Part shown: one piece after another, positions 57,359 to 63,803 of the stretch
How the letters are laid out: every line of letters begins with the position of its first letter
Position numbering within the stretch: position 1 is the stretch's first letter
DNA from: Macrostomum lignano
Lineage: Eukaryota
Assembly: GCA_002269645.1 (NCBI GenBank)
Contig: NIVC01000844.1
Span: 1-63,803 of the forward strand
DNA: 63,803 nucleotides
Direction of reading: 5' to 3'
Made by a program: the position numbers and the translations under genes
Notes under the pieces: generated by a model
The model's database searches: none
Told to the model about the DNA's origin: nothing
What the model saw: only the letters and a program-made list of their open reading frames with translations

Positions 57359-59583
57359 ATGTCGAACAGCAAGTCCAATTCGAGCGCAGCTGCCAGCAAG
57401 CGCAGCGGAGGAGGCGGCAGCGACATAGTTGACAGTCTGGGCAGTACGGCCACTAACGAGCGAATTCTGAAGGAGTGCCACCATCTGTACGCCAACGAAG
57501 AAAATGGCCTGGCAAAGCTGGCCCAGCTAGTCAATGTGAAACTGTTACCACCGAGGAAGAAAATCACAGTCTTATTGATTGGCAATCACTCCGCTGGGAA
57601 GAGCGCCTTTATCAATTGGTATATTGAGAAACAGATCCAGAAGGAAGGCGTTGCTATTGAGACGCAAGGTATCACCATAGTAACACAGGGTAAACGCCGA
57701 GAATCGCTTAGCGGCAACGCCACTTTGCACCTGTTTCCTCAGCTGGCTCCGCTAGGAAAATTTGACGGCGTAGTGTCGAATCTGAGCACAGAGCTGTGCG
57801 ACAGCATTGCTAAAAGATTCGCTCTCGTGACCTTTATTGACACGCCCGGTCTAGTCGACGGCTCAATGTCGTACGCGTTCGACGTGAACCGGGTGCTGCT
57901 TTGGCTGGCTGTTCAAGCCGATTTAGTGTTCGCCTTCTTTGACCCCATCGGTCAGGCGCTGTGCAAGCGCACTATGCAGATCCTGGCAGATATTGGCGAT
58001 AGGATTGATCGTGACAGAATCGTCTTCTTTTTAAGTAAAGCCGACGAGAGCGGCGACGAAACTGACAGACAGCGCGTGCTGATGCAGATCACCCAGGAGG
58101 TGTGCAAATGGCCGTCTCTAAATCGGACCTGCTTCGACATTCACACCATCTACAATCCCAATCGGGCCAAGCCGACTCGTTGCGTCAATCAGATCGACGA
58201 AGCCGCCAAAACTATTGACAAGGCTATTCAGATGACGCTGCAGCATACTCTGAATGCGCTTGAGCACGATTGCAAGGTTAGAAAAAACTTAAGTCATCTT
58301 CCAAGTATTCTTATATAGAGGCATTGTCTTCAAGATACTCACAGATTGAGACATTCTTTTCAAGATCGATCCTCATAGATTGAGGCATTGTCTTCAAGAT
58401 GCGCATAGATTAAGACATTGTCTTCAAGATACTCATAGATTAAGCCATTGTCTTCAAGATGCTCATAGATTGAGACATTGTCTTCAAGATACTCGTAGAT
58501 TGAGCCATTGTCTTCAAGATGCTCATAGATTGAGGCATTGTCTTCAAGATACTCACAGATTAAGGCGTTGTCTTCAAGATGCTCATAGATTGAGGAATTG
58601 TCTTCAAGATGCTCATAGATTGAGTCATTGTCTTCAAGATGCTCATAGATTGAGCCATTGTCTTCAAGATGCTCATAGATTGAGTCATTGTCTTCAAGAT
58701 GCTCATAGATTGAGCCATCGTCCTCAAGATTCTCATACAAGACTAGTAGATTGAGACATTGTCTTCAAGATGCTCATAGACTGAGACTGTGTCTTCAAGA
58801 TGTTCATAGACTGAGGCATTGTCTTCAAGATGCTCATGGACAGGCATTGTCTTCCAGTTGATCAGAGGTTGATCTATTATCTTCCTGTTGCTTTCAAGAT
58901 CCTGTTATCCATACTTGGGCGCAACCTAGGGATTCACCCGGCCTTTTCTATTGGCAACACACACACACATGTAAGTCGCTATTGGACGGAATAGTAGTCA
59001 CGTGACTGCTCTCAGCCAATAGCGACTTACATGTGTGTGTGTGTGTGTGTGTTGCCAATAGAAACGGCCGAGTGATTCCCAAGGTTGCGCATGTATGCTG
59101 AGTGTTATCGATCGAGACACAGCCTGTCAACCCCTCCCCTCCCCCCAGTTGATCTCGCGTCGCTGCCACGAAGACATCGCTGCCGACGCCGCCCGCGGTC
59201 GCGCCAACTGCGGCGCCAGATTTCGTTTCCTACTATTCAGCCTGCTGGCCCTCGTGCTGCCCGTACTGCTCGCCATTTGCGTCTCCCAACCTGTTGCTAT
59301 CCAGTTTCTAGGCTATTCGACTCCGTTGCACGACTTTCTCGTGCCGCTCTATCGACGCTTCCCGGCCGAGTACAGTTCGCACCTGTTCGGCGGGGTGGCC
59401 GCTGTTGCCCTGTTCTGCTTTGTCCTCGCCCGCCTGTGCGGCCGCACCGCCAAGCGGCTCACCAGGGCTGAGCGGCGCCGCCTCGGCCAGGTCAGCGATC
59501 ACGTGACCGGCTTTGTGGAAGCCCAGCGGAAGGAGCTGTACACCGCCTATTTGAAGCAGAGCGTGAAAGACTCCGACTTTTGA
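57359..59583 (+). CDS. Dynamin/EHD-like P-loop GTPase with two C-terminal transmembrane segments (about 450 aa)
   Basis: Exons 57359 (or 57323/57350)-58276 and 59149-59583 in phase 0. G1 GNHSAGKS, G3 DTPG, G4 SKAD. Hydrophobic segments FLLFSLLALVLPVLLAICV and LFGGVAAVALFCFVLA. Confidence 0.85.
58315..58858. repeat. 30-bp intronic minisatellite GATTGAGCCATTGTCTTCAAGATGCTCATA
   Basis: About 17 copies. Confidence 0.95.
58910..59097. mobile_element. Fold-back MITE sharing the CATAC..GCGCAAC terminus with the 35895-36195 element
   Basis: About 75-nt arms (GCGCAACC...CTATTGGCAAC(AC)nATGTAAGTCGCTATTGG) are inverted around a centre with palindromic GTCACGTGAC; TSD degenerate. Confidence 0.8.
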
Positions 59584-60344
59584 CAGTTCGATATAGGGAT
59601 TCGGGGTCTGGGAGCTTCGTCTTAGTATTTATGAATTGTAATTGGGATGTCTTGGATTCCTAATTGGGATCTGTTGGATTCCTAATTGGGATCTGTTGGG
59701 ATATCTGTGGGATATCTGTGGTTGATCTAATTGGGATATTTCAGATTCAGAATTGGGATCTAGCTTTAAGAGTCAAAATTGGGATATTTAGAATCGGATT
59801 AGTGGTCTTGACGTTTATATATAATCAGTTTAATGACTTACTACGATATTAGTGACTATATATTCGGTCATAGTGCAGTTAACTATTGTCAATCAAAGTT
59901 TTTTACGAGTACCTAACTCATCCCGATAAACTCATGCTTAATAACTTGTGTTAGTCGAATTGATTTTGTTTTATTTAAATTATGATTCATACGATTGGCT
60001 ACTTGCAAATTCAACTTTGGTTTCGTTTAGCTTTTCAAATTTGATTTAATCAATATGCTGGTTTTGGGATGTTGCAAATAAAATACCGACAATGTTGTTT
60101 CTTATAAACTTTTTCTCTCCTTACTGCGCGCTCCGTACTATGATAAGTAGTATGATTAGTTTCTCTACACTCTGATCTCCGTATTTTCTCGATTGATGAA
60201 ATATAATTGCCAAAAATATGTAAGCAAGAGACCGACTATTTTTGTGCAATTTATTTTTCCGCTTACTCAAAATTTAATTCGACTTTCTGACTCGTTTGAG
60301 CATGTCTGACCCGTGTAGTGCTTTTTTGACCCAAATTTTGGCTT

Positions 60345-60690
60345 GTCTGACTTGTGTTAGTCTGACCCATGTGTTAGTCTGACCCACATCATGTTAGTCT
60401 GACCCATATTGTGTTAGTCTGACCCACATAGTGTTAGTCTGACCCACATCATGTTAGTCTGACCCATATTGTGTTAGTCTGACCCACATAGTGTTAGTCT
60501 GACCCATATTGTATTAGTCTGACCCACATTGTGTTAGTCTGACCCACATTGTGTTAGTCTGACCCACATTGTGTTAGTCTGACCCACATTGTGTTAGTCT
60601 GACCCACATTGTGTTAGTCTGACCCACATTGTGTTAGTCTGACCCACATTGTGTTAGTCTGACCCACATTGTATTAGTCTGACCCATTCA
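60345..60690. repeat. 20-bp minisatellite GTCTGACCCACATTGTGTTA
   Basis: About 16 copies. Confidence 0.95.
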
Positions 60691-61329
60691 TACAGAGTTG
60701 GCCTGACCTATCAGTTAGCCAATGATGAGTTACGAGTCAATGAAAATCTATTAGCTTACTTTACATATCGTTTCCGGTATTCGCCTATTTTAATCTTCCC
60801 TGCTGCAGGCCTATTGTAAGCCCTGTGATTTCTTTATTATTGTCGTTTATTTGCGAGTAAGCTTATACTTGACAAATTATATTTTTACGAGTGCCAGAAA
60901 CACACAAGTTTACTTTCATTACTCATTGGTTTAATGTTCCGTTAAACATAATATTCACTTTTGTTTTCTCAGCAGGTGTTATTAATAGTAATAATTATTC
61001 TTAATATCTATTTCTGGTAGATTCGATAAGTAGAGAACGGATCTAATCACAAGCTTAGTTGCGAAATAAGTCAAATACATTTGCTAATTGTTTGCTCTCT
61101 AAAATATATTTAATGTCGTTTTGCGATTCGAGAAATTTAGCTTTGTGCTTTGTTCTACTTTTTTGCTAATTTATTTCACTTTTAAGAAATATCTGTCTAG
61201 CCGCAAACTTAATATGCGTCTCATGCTACTACTCGTATTATTCGAGACATCAAATAGAATGTGCGGAGAAAATATTGAAAACCGTATGGGTAGTTCATAC
61301 CGCAATCCATTAGGTTTAATCCATTAGTA

Positions 61330-61858
61330 GTATATACGCAACCTGATTAGACAAATCTATAAGTAGTATATACCGCAACCTATTCAGTTAAATCCATAAG
61401 TAGTACATACCGCAACCTATTCAGTCAAATCCATAAGTAGTACATACCGCAACCTATTCAGTCAAATCCATAAGTAGTACATACCGCAACCTATTCAGTC
61501 AAATCCATAAGTAGTACATACCGCAACCTATTCAGTCAAATCCATAAGTAGTACATACCGCAACCTATTCAGTCAAATCCATAAGTAGTATATACCGCAA
61601 CCTATTCAGTCAAATCCATAAGTAGTACATACCGCAACCTATTTAGTCAAATCCATAAGTAGTATATACCGCAACCTATTCAGTCAAATCCATAAGTAGT
61701 ACATACCGCAACCTATTTAGTCAAATCCATAAGTAGTACATACCGCAACCTATTCAGTCAAATCCATAAGTAGTACATACCGCAACCTATTCAGTCAAAT
61801 CCATAAGTAGTACATACCGCAACCTATTTAGTCAAATCCATAAGTAGTATATACCGCA
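61330..61858. repeat. 37-bp minisatellite CCGCAACCTATTCAGTCAAATCCATAAGTAGTACATA
   Basis: About 14 copies. Confidence 0.96.
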
Positions 61859-61977
61859 AATCGACTAAACAAAACCATCATCAGAAGTAGAAGTCTGTAA
61901 CTATAAAAATCAATATAAGTAGCATGTATCGCATAGTTACCACTCTAAGTAGTATCTATAGCGCATGCAAAAAATTT

Positions 61978-63668
61978 ATGAGAGGCACTCTAGGCATCGG
62001 ACCGCCCAGTCGCTTGGTGGCCGCGCCACCGACGCCATCAGCCGACTACTACCGGCACCGTCGGATTCGCCGTCGCCGTCGTAGGAGGTTATTTCGCCGT
62101 CGGCTCGCCAACAGACTGTCGGGCTTCGGCTGTTTAATTGCGTCGGCTCTGCTTAGCGCGTTTGGCGGTCACCTGGCCAGGCTGATTGTCGACGCCGTTC
62201 ATCGTCGACATGCGAGACCGTCGGACTTGTCGGCGGTATTGTCGAATTTCACAATGTCAACAGACGGTCCGGAGCCCAGTACTCTGGCTAATTCGGATCG
62301 GCCGTTTCTAGTGGTGTACACATCCGCTTGTCTGATGTCGCTGCAGTTGATCGGCTTCTCCTTCCTGCCGGATTGGTGGCAGCAGCGGAGATTTTTGTAT
62401 TCTTCTAGGCGTCGGCCGGAGCGGCAGCGCCAGCGACCTGCTGTAGTTGACGCTAGCGATGTACAGATTGGCGAAGGCGTGACTGACTATGATAATCTGG
62501 CAACTGTTGAAGAAGCCGCTGAAAAGGCTGATGAAGCAAAGATGGTGAATAAAAGTTGGGTAAAGGGACAGTGCTCCGCTGATAGGAAGGTCAGTCTGAG
62601 TTCAACACATATCAACCTGAGGTCAATACAGATATCAATCTGAGGTCAATCCAGATATCAATCTGAGGTCAATCCAGATATCAATCTGAGGTCAATCCAG
62701 ATATCAATCTGAGGTCAATCAAGATAACAACCTGAGGTCAATCCAGATATCAATCTGAGGTCAATCAGATAACAACCTGAGGTCAATCCAGATAACAACC
62801 TGAGGTCAATCCAGATATCAATCTGAGGTCATCAATCTGAGGTCAATCCAGAAATCATTTGAGGTCAACACAGATATCAATCTGAGGTCAATCCAGATAT
62901 CAATCTGAGGTCAATCCAGATATCAATCTGAGGTCAATCCAGAAATCATTTTGAGGTCAACACAGATATCAATCTGAGGTCATCAATCTGAGGTCAATCC
63001 AGATATCAATCTGAGGCCAATCCAGATATTAACTCGAGGTCAGATCGTTAATTCTAACGTCAACCCAGGGGTCATCTGAGGTCAGATCGTTAATTCTAAC
63101 GTCAACCCAGGGGTCATCTGAGGTCAATTTACTGTTAGTACTGTATGCAATCCAACCCTCTTTTCCTCTCTCAGAGCGACCCCCATTTTGTGCCGGTCCA
63201 ATTCGACTCGAGCAGCACGGAGGCGGAGCTGTACTCCAGTCTGAACGCCGAATATGCTTCGCCTGCCCCATCGGCCCCGGGAGCATTCGCTGCCGCCGAT
63301 GAAGCTTCCCCCTGCTGCCGCAGTCTCAACCTCTGCCTGAGGCCAGACGAGCTCGTGGCGTTCGATTCTCTCGAATCTCGGAGGTTCGCCAGCTAAGCGA
63401 AAGCGAAGCCCACGCCGCCTCGATGGCGAGGATGTCCTATCAGGCCTACCAGCGAGCCTTGGAATCGTCGCTAGAAGTCACCGACGAGTTGGACGAATTC
63501 GACGAAGACGAGTTGGATTACGATGATTTTGAGCACGATTTCGATGACGAGAATGTCGAGTTCAATGCCGATGCTGAGGTGACGCCGGCGAGCGAGGCAG
63601 CTGAAGCGACTCCGACTGATCCAGCGTCTGCCGCAGCTGGGACTCTGTCACTGGTGGAAACTGTCAAG
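61978..63668 (+). CDS. SLC35F5: SLC35F5-like transporter, 5' part (continues beyond the window; apparent 1-nt deletion at about 63310)
   Basis: Exons 61978 (or 61924)-62589 and 63175-63668. RPFLVVYTSACLMSLQLIGFSFLPDWWQQ, SDPHFVPVQF and, after adding one C to the 63308-63312 run, RGVRFSRISEVRQL...MARMSY...LSLVETVK parallel SLC35F5 KPFF..., EPLYVPVKF, RVRFSNIMEIRQL, LSRMSY. Confidence 0.82.
62612..63128. repeat. 23-bp intronic minisatellite TGAGGTCAATCCAGATATCAATC followed by a 42-bp doublet
   Basis: Direct reading; the 42-mer (63036-63125) shares the TGAGGTCA core. Confidence 0.93.
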
Positions 63669-63803
63669 GTGGGCGTTTGGAGACTGCCGATATGTATTCG
63701 AAAAGAATAAACTATGTATCTGCTCTATTTTCAATAGCGGCGTTATAACACGAGTTAGCCTTTTGCAATCCTAATCTCGATTTCTTGATGTATCTGTGAC
63801 TGC

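Noticed and set aside
39835-59115. Scattered ATCGAT/TATCGAT sites (39841, 44140, 50385, 59105) as further copies of the 51.1-kb motif
   Set aside because: A 6-bp palindrome is expected about 15 times by chance in 64 kb; only the triple 11-nt match is significant.

Overview
Eukaryotic (metazoan) genomic DNA, most likely a free-living flatworm such as Macrostomum. This is inferred from GC-rich exons, introns filled with private minisatellites, and a snoRNA guide matching the flatworm-type 18S sequence AUCAGCUAUGG. Spliced genes reconstructed by hand: adenosine deaminase (+, one apparent 1-nt frameshift); a secreted F5/8-type-C/fucolectin-like protein (-); a complete 13-exon DEG/ENaC channel (-, 685 aa, with a Thr/Pro-rich insert and an RRKR furin site). 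A co-oriented + strand run from 37.4 kb to the end follows: Pro-rich beta-trefoil protein, DGKE, TMEM17, a non-coding multi-intron host carrying 13 box C/D snoRNA candidates, a 5'-truncated SETD4, a dynamin-like GTPase with a C-terminal TM hairpin, and SLC35F5. The standout, invisible in the ORF track, is the snoRNA host at about 49.9-54.9 kb. It holds six copies of a guide for 18S Am99/100, six for LSU Cm2948 (yeast numbering) and one for 18S Um578/627, plus three unexplained GC-rich mini-introns sharing TTATCGATTTT. Mobile DNA includes a 3.5-kb THAP/P-type element with 38-bp TIRs, a mariner and a maT-like relic, hAT-type MITEs (one with an exact 8-bp TSD), a tRNA/CORE-like SINE and non-LTR fragments. 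Most long ORFs in the supplied track are translations of tandem repeats. All family assignments come from recalled motifs; no database search was run.
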